A stretch of 60,546 bases of DNA from Intoshia linei (lineage: Eukaryota > Animalia > Orthonectida). Positions 12,391 through 25,855 of the stretch are shown in pieces (the first letter of the stretch is position 1; each line of letters opens with the position of its first letter). The stretch lies in NCBI GenBank assembly GCA_001642005.1, contig LWCA01000071.1:1-60546 (forward strand). Direction: 5' to 3'. A program made the position numbers and the translations under genes. The notes under the pieces were generated by a model. The model saw only the letters and a program-made list of their open reading frames with translations. It was not told where the DNA came from and searched no databases.

Positions 12391-13261
12391 TAATTCTTAA
12401 GTCTTACTTACTTAAGTATTAATTTAAGAGCTTACTACATAATTATGTACAACATAGGGTGTCACATTTTTTTTAAATTTTTAGAATTTAATGGGCGATC
12501 AGTAATCAATGTGTGTATTTTTAAAATAGAAGCACTATATCGCAATTAAAAATGTCTAATGATACTTATCGGAGTTGCGCTGTGCCATTTTAAATATCCT
12601 TTGAAAATAGCATAGAAAAATTTAAAAGTAACTTTATTTTTGTAAAAACAACATTGTTGTAAGTTGTCATGGTTTATATTTTAATAGTCTTAACACCAAC
12701 GCTTAACTATACTTTTCAATTTTTAAAATTTGATTCTAGCTCGATTTTTGTGGTTTTTATCGACGTTCAAATTTTGGTTATTTATGCAATAATGTACAAT
12801 GTTAATAAACAATGTTTATAGATGGTTTCAATCTATAATACCATTTTTGCAACAATAGTAGTATATTTGCAATCATTTATGACAAAATCACTACAATGAC
12901 TTTAAAATTGATAAAAATTTGGTTAAAATAAATTAAAATATTCGTTTTGTTTTTTTTAAGTGCAACTCGAATCGGCTCGAATCTTTGCAACACCTCATTT
13001 TAGATTATTTTCTGTCATGATAATACACCATTTGCGCACTAATCGCCCTTAATTCTTTGATGAGTGTGACACCTAAGGTGCATAAATATAAAAAATTAGT
13101 AAAAAAACATCAATTTTTATATCTTCATTTATCCATATGCTTTATATACCCAAAAAAGTAACTTATATGATATTATTCCTGGAAGCCAATAATTCTACTT
13201 GATGATTGTGGCCCCCGGCTGAATTTAAGAGTAACTGGTTTAACTATACTAATTAATTTAG

Positions 13262-14495
13262 AATTCCATGGAATCAATTAAATTTCCTCCCAAATGTATA
13301 TATTTACGCATTGTGTGGTTGGATTTTGCGTATAATATTAATATTCTGCTCAGATTACATTAGCTTTTACACGGATATTGACTATTTAGTATTTACGGAA
13401 GCAGGTGCTAATGTTTTGAATGGTAAATCTCCATATCTCACCGAAACGTATCGATACTCACCATTAATAGCATACATATTTACTTTAAACGTTATTTTCC
13501 CACATTTTGCAAGATGTATATTTGCAACACTTGATGTATTTGTTGGTACAAGTATTTACTACATTTTAAACAAAAAAAATCAGCATTCAGTCGGGTATTC
13601 AAGTTTAAATTGGACAAGAAAAAAATCTTTTGTAACAATGTTAATTTGGATTTATAATCCATTTACAATACAAATTTCGACTAGAGGCAGCGCAGAATCC
13701 TTAACAAACTTGATGGTTATATGGGGATTGTGCTACATTAATAAACATCTGTTTGCATCTTCACTATTGATGGCGTTGGCGATTCAAACTAGACTGTATC
13801 CAATAATACTTATACCATGTATTTATTTCTATTTGTCCAATCTTTCAAATTCAATTTTTCCAAATATCAAGTGTTTAATTTTTTTAACCATAATAGCCTC
13901 AGCAAATGTTGCTTTCACATTTATATTTTACAAAATGTATGGATTCGAATTTATACAACAAACATTACTGTATCATGTAAGTCGATTGGATGTTAGACAC
14001 AACATGTCTCCTTATTTTTACTTTATATATTTGTTGGATAATTTGAAATTGTACAATAACGAAATTATGGTTAAAATCGCTTCATTGTTTGAAGGTTTAC
14101 TTTCAATTTTCACTAATGTAGTCATTGTAATATTGGCCTATTTGAATCGAAAAAATTTGATTTTATCATGTTTTTTAGTTTTGTTCATTTTTGTCACGTT
14201 TAATCGTGTAATAACATCTCAATATTTTATTTGGTTTCTACCTTTATTCTTTATTTGTATCCCTCATTTTCAATTGAATTGTGCCGTATGTATTATTATC
14301 ATGGCGTTATTTTTCGTTCCTCAAATATTTTGGCTGAATTATGCCTTTTTGTTAGAAATTAAAGGAATAAACACGTTCACACAATTGTGGATATCGAGTA
14401 TAATAATGGTGTTTGGTAATACAATCTTATTTATTATTTTACACAACAGGGCAAATTCCTCTCAGAGAATCAAAAAATTAATCAAAGATTGTTAA
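13262..14495 (+). CDS. PIGM: GPI mannosyltransferase 1 (main exon; upstream start exon not resolved)
   Basis: 'YTDIDYLVFTEA...SPY...TYRYSPL', 'NPFTIQISTRGSAES', 'YHVSRLDVRHNMSPYFY' and 'VTFNRVITSQYFIW' are PIG-M motifs. The frame is open from 13257 without an early ATG, and an acceptor TTAG ends at 13261. Confidence 0.92.
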
Positions 14496-15948
14496 ATTTA
14501 TCAATTTGTTAAAATATAATGTTGATTAAAATGTTTTTCTACACTAAACCTGTGGAAATTAATCCTATTTGAAAATGTACAAAGAAATTTATACATTTAG
14601 ATCAGAACAAGTTCATGAATAAGAAAAATATATTATACTAATATATGCTCTAGGTTATGATCTCAATACGGATTTGTGCGCTAGAGCAAAATAAATAACT
14701 CTTAGCTTTGATTATAATGATTTGAGTAAAGATTTTTTTGTCACATTTGGCCCGCCAAGTAAATTGAGTCTAACACTCCTGTATTAGACTCAAGGAAGTT
14801 ATACGATATTAATGTTAAGATTTATTATGATACAATATTAAGTATTTTTTAATGTTATCCGGTGAAAAATTTCTTTGTTGAGTTAACATTTTATTCAACA
14901 TAATAAACCTTATCTCAACGCCATTAGAAGTTGATGTTCTATTTATTAATTGACTACAAAGATGGAGGTTTAGATTCATCCAAATCCAATATTATCGATT
15001 CAATGTCATTTGTTTTTAGTCTTTTGTTAATCATTAACAGATAATGTATGGTTTTATAATACAAGGATCCGAAATAAATTCAATGTTCTTTACTATGTCT
15101 ATGCCTTATTAATACTAAATGACTTTGCCATTTCAATAATATTTATTAGATAATCATACATATAATTCGATTAATTCATTATATAATCCCGTTGCAGATA
15201 CAGCTCCTCTAGCTCGCTGGACGATTACTTATTGCCTGCGATACCATTAATAATGCTTTTGACTAAATTTGAAAAAAAAGATGTTTGAATTCCTCATAAT
15301 TAATTCAAAAACTATACATAAAATGTATTATATACTCAAAATGAATTTCGTAAAAACCAAAATATTAAGCTAGATTTTTATTTAAAAAAATGGTTCACAC
15401 AACATGGACAACCTATCAAAGGATTTGCAGCCATATAAACCCATATACATTTGATAGTTTTTAATAAATATAATTTTAATATTCTATTTTAATAAAATCT
15501 TGTATTCTATTGTATTGGAATAACAATTTAATATTTTGAATTTGTGATTATAATAATAAAGATAATATACATCCTCTTAAATCGTACTAACCAATGGAAA
15601 AAAGTAAATCAAGTTGTTAATCTTATTTATACATAATAACATGTACAATAAAATATTAAAGTTATATTTATCAAGAACTATGAAATTTATATGGGTTTCC
15701 CATGTTTTTGTACCATTTTGTTTTTTTAAATTCATTTCTAGGTCATTTATTATGGTTTTTACGAAATTCTAAATTTTTTAAGTCTATAATAAATTTAAGG
15801 TATAGTTTTTGGGGTTAATTATGAGTAGAGCCATTCAAATCGGATGCTCTAAAGTCGTTAAGCAACAATACATACAATTGTGTACATTTCATATAATTTT
15901 AAATAAAACGATAACATGTTAACAAATAAACACAATGATGTAAAGAAA

Positions 15949-17007
15949 AAGGGGTTCTGCACCTTTTTTTCAGAAGGGCTACATTTTATCAATATGAGAT
16001 CATTTAGAATCATCGCGGGCCACAATTTTAATTTTATTGCTAGAAAATTTATAAAACAAAGAAATGTACTTAATATATTTTTAATTACTTCATTTATTAT
16101 TAGATCTAATTAATTATTTATAATTTTTTTTCATAAAACCTTTTTATATTTATTATATATAATTAATAATATATTAATGATAATTAAAAATTTTATGTAG
16201 TGTTTATAATAATAAAATATAATTTTTAATTAACAATTAATGAGAATTTTGATTTTTTTTGTCACTAATAATTGAAATCTCGGTAAATGTTGTGATGTTC
16301 CTAATCGTAATATAACCTCCAAATGTTGATTAGATATTTTACTTTTAAATTTACTTTCAATAAACGCCATATTCGAAAAAGCAGATTCACATAAAAATTT
16401 TGTTCCAAATGTCAATATTTTCAGTACACATGAGTGCAATTTATATAATTGTTGGTTATGTTTAATCATTAGTCATTTTGTATGGGATTTAGTAAATTAT
16501 TAACAATAATGTCTTTTACTGAGAAACTATTTATAAATGCAATAAATTCCAGTTTCCATTTTGCAGTCCCATTCTTTCAAATTCTTGGAATATTTCGAGA
16601 CTTTTATTAAAAGGACTACGAATAAATTCAACAATTATTCCAATAAATTGAAAGTCTTTAAATCCACATTAAAATGAATCTCGTATTTCTTCAAGATAAT
16701 ATATATCATTATATATTATAATAGTCTCCTAAAGATCAATGATTATTGTATATTTTCCTTGCAATTTTTCGTTGAGATTATTCATAATTACACTAATATG
16801 AGTTAAAATACGTAACATTATAATCTTATGATCAACACTGTATATATTTGTTAAGAAATTGGCACACTAGTTTAGTACGAATAAATTTAAATTAAATGTT
16901 TTAAACAGGGACCAAAAAATTTAAAATTATTTAAACTATTCGGTGGGCCATAAAAAAATTCAAAAGAGTCACAAAATGGCCCGCGGGCCACAGGTTGAGA
17001 ATCACTG
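15949..17007 (-). mobile_element. Degenerate hAT (Buster/Charlie/SPIN-type) transposon
   Basis: 16230..16469 'LKILTFGTKFLCESAFSNMAFIESKFKSKIS..HLE..LR' matches the FGSTYLCExxFS motif. Terminus GGCCCGCGGGCCACAGGTTGAGAATCACTG ends at 17007; the left end is degenerate and has no TSD. Confidence 0.75.
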
Positions 17008-17889
17008 CCTTATTGTATAATCTTAAAAATAAAGTAAAAACAGTACAATCCTAAAAATTGTCATAAATAGGTTAAATTCCAGAAAAAATAAAATTGTAAA
17101 TAAACCTTTATATTCAGTATATGCCTTCGATGAGTAAAAAATATCAATTTTGTATAAATAGTTAACGGAATCAGCACTTTAGAAATATATTTCAGATGAA
17201 TTTTACCAATATTGAAAAGCAGATAAAATACGAGTATTTAATTTATATCAATTTGAGTGTATTGCATTACTGTATGTGTAATTATACTGAATTCAGTGCA
17301 GATGATTTTAATTTCAAAGATTTTAAAGTTCAATCAAATGCAGTATCACTTTGTGAATATCATATTGAGATAAATTTGAATGCTGTAATTATTCACCCGA
17401 AATATGTTTTTAAATGTGGTGAATCCTTTATTTATTGATATTTAAATACATACATAAACTATGTACAATGTACAACAGTATAGTACAATATTCCAGCCAG
17501 AATAATCTTAATTTATCCAAATAACTTTGATTTATCCTTTTTCATAAAATGGTGATTAAATACGTCAATAATCAAATTATTTGATAAATTTCTAATGTTT
17601 TACGGTTAAAATTGATTTATACAGATATAATTATGGTTTAAATATTATTGACCAAATTTTAAACATACAGACATTACCATGATTCATTTTAATCAAATCT
17701 ACAGTGCTTTCTGGATTATAAATTTAAAAATGACAATTAAAATTATTATCAAATGTGGTCTGCTGTAATAAAACATTTGTTTAACATAAATTTATCCCAA
17801 AAATATGAAATTAATCCATGTACTTTGATGGATGTAAAATGAGATAAGTTATGTGACATCATGTTAAGTTAATCGCTTTTGATAAATTT

Positions 17890-18174
17890 GAATTCACACA
17901 TATTTATGATGATCATTTGAATATACATGTATAATAAGAACTAAAAATGCAAAATAAGAGTAAGTCTAGATTATATACGCCAGCGTCATATCAAGCCAAA
18001 ACCACTACCAATGTTTTTTTTGGGTGATATGAAAACGTTAAAGCCATAACTTTGAACCATAATCATTATAAACAACACTAATAAATTAAAGCCGGTGCAC
18101 CTCAAAAAAATCAAATACGTAAAAATATTGAATGGTACCCAATGAGCAATGTACATTAATTCCTTTAAATTCAA
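17890..18174 (-). pseudogene. Highly degenerate second SLC7/LAT-like relic (TM1 region)
   Basis: 'GFNVFISPKKNIGSGFGLI*RW' resembles LAT 'GSGIFISPK...GSVG..L..W'; downstream 'LYMYIQ' echoes 'LYIYIQ' of the upstream copy. Stops present. Confidence 0.35.
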
Positions 18175-18290
18175 AATTTTGCTGGATCTTGAATATTATA
18201 GTTTCGGTACTATTTCAGTTATTATTCACGCGGGCAAATCTTTTTTAATATAATTTTATTATTTATGTTTATAGTTGTTTATTTTAATAG

Positions 18291-18390
18291 ACGATTCGTG
18301 GTATAAGCTTTTTAAAGAATTTAGCAAGGATACTACATTTCATGGATTAAAATATATCACAATTGACAAACAATATTCAAAAATTAGAAG
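18291..18390 (+). CDS. Isolated exon encoding a DEG/ENaC (ASIC-like) N-terminal HG motif; probably a relic
   Basis: AG/GT-bounded, stop-free 100-nt exon: 'DSWYKLFKEFSKDTTFHGLKYITIDKQYSKIRR', matching the F...TTxHG...I...RR pre-TM1 signature. No clean downstream exons found. Confidence 0.6.
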
Positions 18391-18829
18391 GTATTGGTTT
18401 AAATTGCATTCGTAAATGTTCAATAGTGCCCCTAAATTTGGAAACTTTTAAATTGGGTTTGGAAATCCAATTAAATATAACGTTAGTGTTATCTTGATAA
18501 AAAAGATATTCTTGAGTATCGTATAATTGTGTATTTTGTGTGCTACATTTAAAATTTCAATATGAGATCCTTCGAAGGTGACTAGGGTGATTAGGAAAAT
18601 TTATTAGGTGTTTATGTATCATTTTCTGGTAGCTTCGAGCTTAGTAGGTTCAGCTCTGATGATATCAGTCATTGTGTAGATTTTTGTGTAAGATATAGTT
18701 ACTTTAATAAACCTATTATTAATACTACTCTTTTGTAAACCGTATGACTAGAATCCATTTACAGGGTTGTGCACTGATATAAATACTATGGTGCATTTAT
18801 ATAAACATTAGTGTGCATTCATATACGGA

Positions 18830-21800
18830 CCATTTTATAACATTATATAATACCGTTCAATACAATCAAAAGATAAAATGGTCTGTATACTATTGTATAA
18901 CATTATTACAAAAAGGGTAATTTGAGCCGTAAATATATAAGATTTTGAAATTAAAAAATCTACTTCCAAAAGTTGACGCTGGTACACAAAATGGAATCGT
19001 ATATACAAAATATTTGCTAATTTTGAATGTAAAACTCACTGCGACAGCATTTGAATTAATAACTTCATCTACTGTTAATTCAATTAAATAAGCCACATTT
19101 GTCAAAACATAAATAATCATAACAAAAGGCATAGACAGATATATAGCTTTAGGTAAATTTACAAATGGATTGACTAGTTCTTTAGTCAAAAAGTTTAAGG
19201 AATACCATCCAGCATAGGCGAATAAACCATTATATAAAGATGTCACATATTGTCCACTGATGTGACGTGAACTACCAACAAATGCATTTGATAAATTTGA
19301 GAAGGATTAAAACTTTTAAAATTGTCGTTAGATCTTAAATTTTATTTGATAATTAACACTCTTTAAATTTATAACAGTAATAAAACTCAGAATAACCATA
19401 GACAACATGACTACCGAAGAATCTGGCAGAGGTGTATCACAACCTAAATAAGCCACTTGTAAAAAGTTTTTTGCAGATGTTAAAGCTATTGTTGTATTTG
19501 CTGCAGGGTACATAATAAACATGGCTGCCCAAAGTAAATAAAAGCCCCAAAAATCTCCCATTCCTTTTTGAATATATATGTATAATGCTCCAGAATCTCG
19601 AATATGACAACCTAATAATATATTAATAATAAGATAATATACATATAATATAATAATATAAACATAATAAACAATAATCTACAAATAAAAATTTGAATCC
19701 CAAACGTCTATGTATTTCTGGTCAAAAGTGACTTGATATATTATAATAATGATAATTATCAATCAATGTTTTTCAAATTTTTGAATTACAAAATTATAAA
19801 CATTCATCTTAGAATTTCAACGAAAATTGAGAAATTAAAGTAAGTAAATTTTGAATATTTAAAATACAAAAAATCTGAGTTTCAGTCTCATAAATTGATT
19901 TCTGCTGTTTTTATATCATTTTTAAGCAATATATAACTTTAAAAAAACTTTTAAATTCAACGATAAACTGAACAATCACTTTTTTTATCATTTTGAAATT
20001 TATTTTAATTTTGGAAACATTACTTAATCCTAAAATTTATTAAATATGCAGTATCCATTCATTACACTCAAAAAATTAGCAAAACAAAATATATATCATT
20101 AAAATATACGAAAAATTTGGTCAAGAATAGTAGAATTTTAAAAGGAGACTGAGATCTAGTTGTTGAAGGACAGACAGATTAAGAATAACCAGTAATAATG
20201 GCGTTGTCATTTAAAATCTATGTAAATAAGTTCTTTTAGATTAAAATAAGTTTTTTCGTGTTTGTCAGTTTTTATATTTTAATGATTTTTTTTTTAATTT
20301 GTTGTGTATATTTATATTCAAAAGCAAACGGAACTACAATCTAATCGAGACTAAAGTAGGTAACAAATATACATCCTTTAATGGAAAAATTCAACAAGAA
20401 CCATGGACGTCAAACAAATGCTGTGCCTTTCGCTGCAGACATGTGATAATGGTAATACATTTTTCGATTCATCCAGGATTTAGTCCACCTAAATCCAGTG
20501 ATGATCGCTATTTGTGCTATTTCAATTTAAAAAAATTCTGATGAACATGGGAACGCTTCCATCAAACTTTGAAAAGATTTGAAGAAAGATTCACCGAAAA
20601 AAATATGATATCCATGATTAAAGATTATTTGTGGTACACAGAAATTACCAAATTGTCATAAATTTTCTTAAATATAAATGTACTTATTTTTGACGCTATA
20701 TAGATTTTTTTTGAGATGTAACCAGATTTTCATTCCTAATGCAGTATAAGTTACACATTATGGGGTAAATGGTATATATCAAAATGTTCTGCTCTTTTCA
20801 AAAAAACCAATTTTTTTTAAAAAATTAGAGTAAAGGTCTGGGCCAATTTTTGATCTACAGTAGATATCGTAAATTTTTCATCAGAATATGTTATATACTT
20901 ATATAAACTCGACGCTAATTTTTTATTTTTTTAAATTATCTTTTTAAAGGGTCTCAAAATTGAATTTAACATCAACTTGAATATAACTTAATTTCTTTAT
21001 ATATACACTTTAAAAATAAAATATCTCAAGATTACGATCTAATCAGATATAATCACAAACAGCATTCGAATCATGAGAATGTTATCTAAGACAAACTAAA
21101 TTTCGTTCTACTCTTAAAATTTTTCGGAAAATGTTGTACAGTGTTATTGATATAAAATATTATTTTTTTGTAAACTGAGGATCGTGAATATGCATTGTGA
21201 TGAGAAATCTAGTAGTATGTATTAGTGCGCCCATTTTTAATTAAGAATTTACAATTTTATTTTTTCTGGGTTTCATTTTATTGCCGAAAATTTTATAGGT
21301 TATAATTCTAATTACATTCAGTTTACTTTTTTTGTTAATCTGTTAAAAACTATTCTACCCAATCTAGTTAATTTAGCCACAAAATGGTAAATTGCGTTTT
21401 GATATAGTCGATAGTGATATATCGTTCAAATTTTTAAAGGAAGTCAGAAAAGGTATTAACCAACCCTCAATGTTTAATAGAGAAACGTTACTAATAGTAT
21501 TTTATTTTAAAGTCACTAAATAACTTAAATAAAATACTTATCATGTCAAATCGAAGTTGTTAACCATTACATACCACGAATTTACCCAAACTAACAAAAA
21601 GGATGTATTTTAATGACCTTGAGGATGTGCAACAGTATACTCAAAAAGTAAACTTTAAATTTTACGAAAAGACTGTAATTAATGACATGAATTAATAATA
21701 AATTTATTAACCAACACTAACAATTAAAATGTTTAGTAGATCTACTAATAGTAGAAACTAATAATACTAATGCTACTACTAATAATAGTAACAGTAGATT

Positions 21801-22104
21801 TTGTATTTATACAAAAATTACCCAATTCTGAGAAACAGAGCGCACCAAATAGCGAAATAATTCCACATATCACCCACATTAAAAGTGAAACACCAACACT
21901 CTTTGTTCCAATAAGCATGTCAACGGGACTAATGAAAATACCGGAACCTATAATGACTCCAACAATAACGGTTGTCCCAGAAAAGAGAGTAATTTGGCGT
22001 TCAAGTTTTCCGTGGCTTGGATTACTTTGTTGGTTATCAATATTACCACCATTACTGGATTGGTCGGACACATCTCCTCTATTTTTTATTGGTTGAAGTT
22101 CCAT
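18830..22104 (-). pseudogene. SLC7/LAT-type (L-type) amino-acid transporter, probably pseudogenised; exon 1 22104-21822, exon 2 from 19611
   Basis: 'LERQITLFSG...IIGSGIFISP...GALCFSELG|CHIRDSGALYIY', 'LYNGLFAYAGWYSLNFLTKELVNP..NLPKAI', 'ASTFG'. There is a stop at 19328-19330, the TM5 segment appears absent, and the frame breaks down after STFG. Confidence 0.75.
20065..21143 (+). mobile_element. Chapaev3-type (CMC superfamily) transposon deletion derivative in the SLC7 intron
   Basis: CACT...CAGTG termini with TTA on both sides (20062-20064 and 21144-21146); frameshifted remnant 'SDEHG/ERFHQTLKRFEERF...MIKDYLW' matches the SDEHGERFHQDI...DYCW motif. Family name from memory. Confidence 0.65.
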
Positions 22105-23199
22105 CTAATATTTTATCAAAACAATATTATAAAATATCTAGTACTAAGATAATGTGTTTCACATTAAAATAATATAGGTTCTAAATCTATTATTCTATAG
22201 CGTGAGGTCTAACTTGAAGATTCTAGGGCAATATAATCATAGTTGTTGTTTATCAGACCGTCATATAAATTGGACTGATAAACAACGTAGATACCGATAC
22301 TATGACATTTGAGCCTAAATGATATAACTAAAGTGGAACGGTTGATCACATTATTATAATGATATTATATTACTATATTATAATTGATAAAAATAATTAT
22401 ATGTTACTGCGGTAGGTTTATCCGAGATCATAGTTGATTTTGTTTTAGATTCGATAATGTTGCAAGTTTTGTTTGACTTTGAAACTAGTTCATAATTAAA
22501 ATAAACAAAATTGCCATAAGATTATAATATAAATTTGTTTCAGTTTATCAGTATTTCGATTTTACAATTTTCACTTCAATTTTAATTTTAAAATACAGTA
22601 AATTTGCACATTTTATAACTCTTTAAATTTTTTCAAGAAATTAAATGAATTTTTATCACTTTGCGTCTCAAATTTTTTTAATTTTAAAATTTTTAAAAAA
22701 AGTATTTTAATTTACGTTTTTTATTAACATCAAAACGTAAATTCAAATCGATTTAAAAGTATTTGGAGTTGGGTTTATAATTTTATTTCCAACTTTTGGA
22801 CTACAGAGTATTTATTATATCAGTTTTTGAAAAAAATTATTTCATTTTAAGTATTCTACATGTATATTATATTTGATTAAATAAATATTTAGTTAAAATA
22901 ACCTAGCGAAGGCAGGTTTATAAAAATTTTCATCGTAATATTCTATAGATTTAGGATCATGATCTCAGATTCTTAAATTTTAAAATATGAACTGTAAAAC
23001 GCCACACTGAATTTCCATTAACGTCATCATTTTACAACCCTTGATATAGTCGTTATACAAATTACAATCTTAAAGTGACTAAAAAATTGATGATAACCGA
23101 ATTTTATAAAAAATTTTTAAACTACATGTAGTATCAGTTAATCGTATTCATGTTTAAATGTGGTCCAGTTAAATATTTTGGATACTATTATGATAAATT

Positions 23200-23684
23200 T
23201 CCATTTCAAAATCATATATCTTCACGGCCAAAACCATAAATTACACTTTTTTGTAAAAATAAAAAATGATAATGTTTATGATTTTAAAACTTATCCCATA
23301 ATGTATGTTGTATAAAATTCTAGAAATTTTTTATTTTTATAAAAAAGGGTAATTTGGGGTTTTGGCCGTAAAAATATAATATTTTGAAATTGAAAATAAT
23401 CATAATGTTGATGATTTTAAATTTTTCATCAGATTGTATATTCTTTATAATTTTAGGAATCGTTTGAATTTTATAAAAAACTCATAATTGTGGTTTTTGA
23501 CCTTATAGGACTCAATTCTGAAAATGAAATTTGCGATAAAACAACACTCTCGAAAAACTGTAATAGAAGTATGAATTTTCAAAACTTGATTCCTCTTACT
23601 TTCTTAAATAAACTGGAACAGACAAATAAACAGACATACATTTTTAACTATTTTACATATATTTAACATATATAAGTAAGGATT
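23200..23684 (-). mobile_element. Copy of the Helitron-like repeat
   Basis: Same subrepeats, CACTCTCGAAAAACTGT block, ACAGAC microsatellite and terminus ATATAAGTAAGGAT. Confidence 0.7.
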
Positions 23685-23698
23685 ATTATGTTCTAACT

Positions 23699-23902
23699 CA
23701 GTGGTTTTCAACCTTTTTGTGTTCGCGACCCCCTTATAAATATAAAAAATTTTCAGAATGTAAAAATATTTCCGTAACATTATTACTGTCAATAATATAT
23801 TAAAATAAATAAATGTATTCATAAAATTTTCAAATTCTCACGACCTCCTGATAAATTTCGCGGCCCCCCTAGCGGTCGCAACCCCCTGGTTGAAAAGCAC
23901 TA
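23699..23902. mobile_element. hAT-like MITE
   Basis: TIRs CAGTGGTTTTCAACC...GGTTGAAAAGCACTA; near-perfect 8-bp TSD TTCTAACT/TTCTAAAT. Confidence 0.8.
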
Positions 23903-25855
23903 TTCTAAATCGTAAAAAGTTTTATATGTTACAAAACTTTATCGATACACCATCAAATCAAAGATAACACACAATTTAAGACCGATTGAATACGGATGCT
24001 CAATTTAATCTACAAAATATGATTATTAATGATATATAGTTACAGACAAAATAGAAATATTATAGATTTTTGTAGTAAAATACATTTTTGTTGTAATGAC
24101 GCTATATAAAATGTATCAAATTACAAATTATAAAATCAAATATAATTATATTTCAAAATTTTTTATATTACAAAAAAACTAAATTTTTATCTATTTATAA
24201 TGAATTTCTTTCCATAATCTAAAATCTAGATTCTGGATTCTAGAATATTATTATATAATAGTACACTTAGCTGATAGATTGAGCATAATTAGGATTTTTT
24301 CAGACATTTTAGACATTTTATGAGTTTAAATGTAACATTCATTATTTAAGTTAATCGATTAAAAATATATTGCTGATACATAAATGTATGTATGTGAAAA
24401 TCAACTCATTTAATATTGCTAATCACCATCAAACTTTTTGAATATTCTTTTATGTAATGTCATCCGTTAATATAAAGTGGCCAGAAAAAATACGTACTAT
24501 CAATTTTAGTTCATTTGGTGATAAATGTAAAGCCAAAACTACTTATTCACTACTACTATTATCACGAATAAAAATTTTTGGCTTAAAATTTTTCTTGCCA
24601 CTTTAATTTAAAACAATGTACAATAGTGTATTAGTAACAAGTTTCACGAGTAAAATGAATTTTCAATTTTATCACGTTTTGTAATGATATTATTATTTTA
24701 TTTCCTAATAATAAAGTAATTTCTTAAAATTACCAAAAAATGTAATGGAATAAAATTTATAATTTGAGAAAAATTATTAATCCGTTAATGAGAAAACCCG
24801 CAACGGTTAGTCGGAATTGCTAAAAAAATTTTAAAATCCCCTTCCATAATTAATATAAATTGAAACGGTAAATCTAACGGGTGCCTTTGTAAAATATATC
24901 AACAACAAATGGATGAATAAAATTCCGAACATCTATCCATTAAAAGTACTTGACTCCACAAGACAGATGTACTTGTTGTTTTTAAATATTTATTTAAATT
25001 GATTAACGCATTAATTACATGGTAAAATTTCACAGTTTGATAGTTAAATTAAACTAAACTAATGATATTGAGACGTTTATCCCCAGACATTAACAATAAA
25101 GAAAGCGGAACTTTTATTCATATAATTTATTTAATTCGTACGCTATATTATAGTGTTATTTTGTTGATTTTACTTAAATTATAATCTTAATTATTAGTTT
25201 AAATTTTTCTTTCTACACTTAATGCTCACGGGAGTTCGCTATTTATTAATCAAATGATTGAGCTTGAGTAATTTAATTTTACTTATATGTATCCTTTTAA
25301 TGTGTTTTTAGTTAAGGATTATCTAAATTAGATTTTAATATTTATCTGAGGCCATTTTTTATATTTAATTTTTTGATCAATGCATATATAGATATATTAC
25401 ATCAGGGTTATCAGAGTGGTTTATATGTATCTTTGAGTAAATGGAAAATATACCATAAACCATAAAGATCATAAAAAATCTAAAATATAAGGGGTTGTGA
25501 TTGCAATTAAATTACTGAAACATAATTACATGTTATCTTTTTAGGTAACTGTAAGTGTATGAAGTATGTTATGTACTTGGTCCAAACTCTGGCTAGGTTT
25601 GCTGAGGCATTAGAATATATGAAAGTATGTAGTTTTGTTAACCAAAAAGCTTTCCTTAGCTATGATTTTTTTAATTTATCCTTTTATCAATTTTTTTTTT
25701 TATTTTTCAAAAAACGATTATTTACGGTTTAAAACGTGAAGATTGAAATTTCTCAGGTTGTAATTTATATAACTTTCTTAACCGATATAAATTAACGATA
25801 ATTTGTATTTTTATATTGCTGGGGTGTCAGTTTTCTAAATAAATGTTTACTCACA

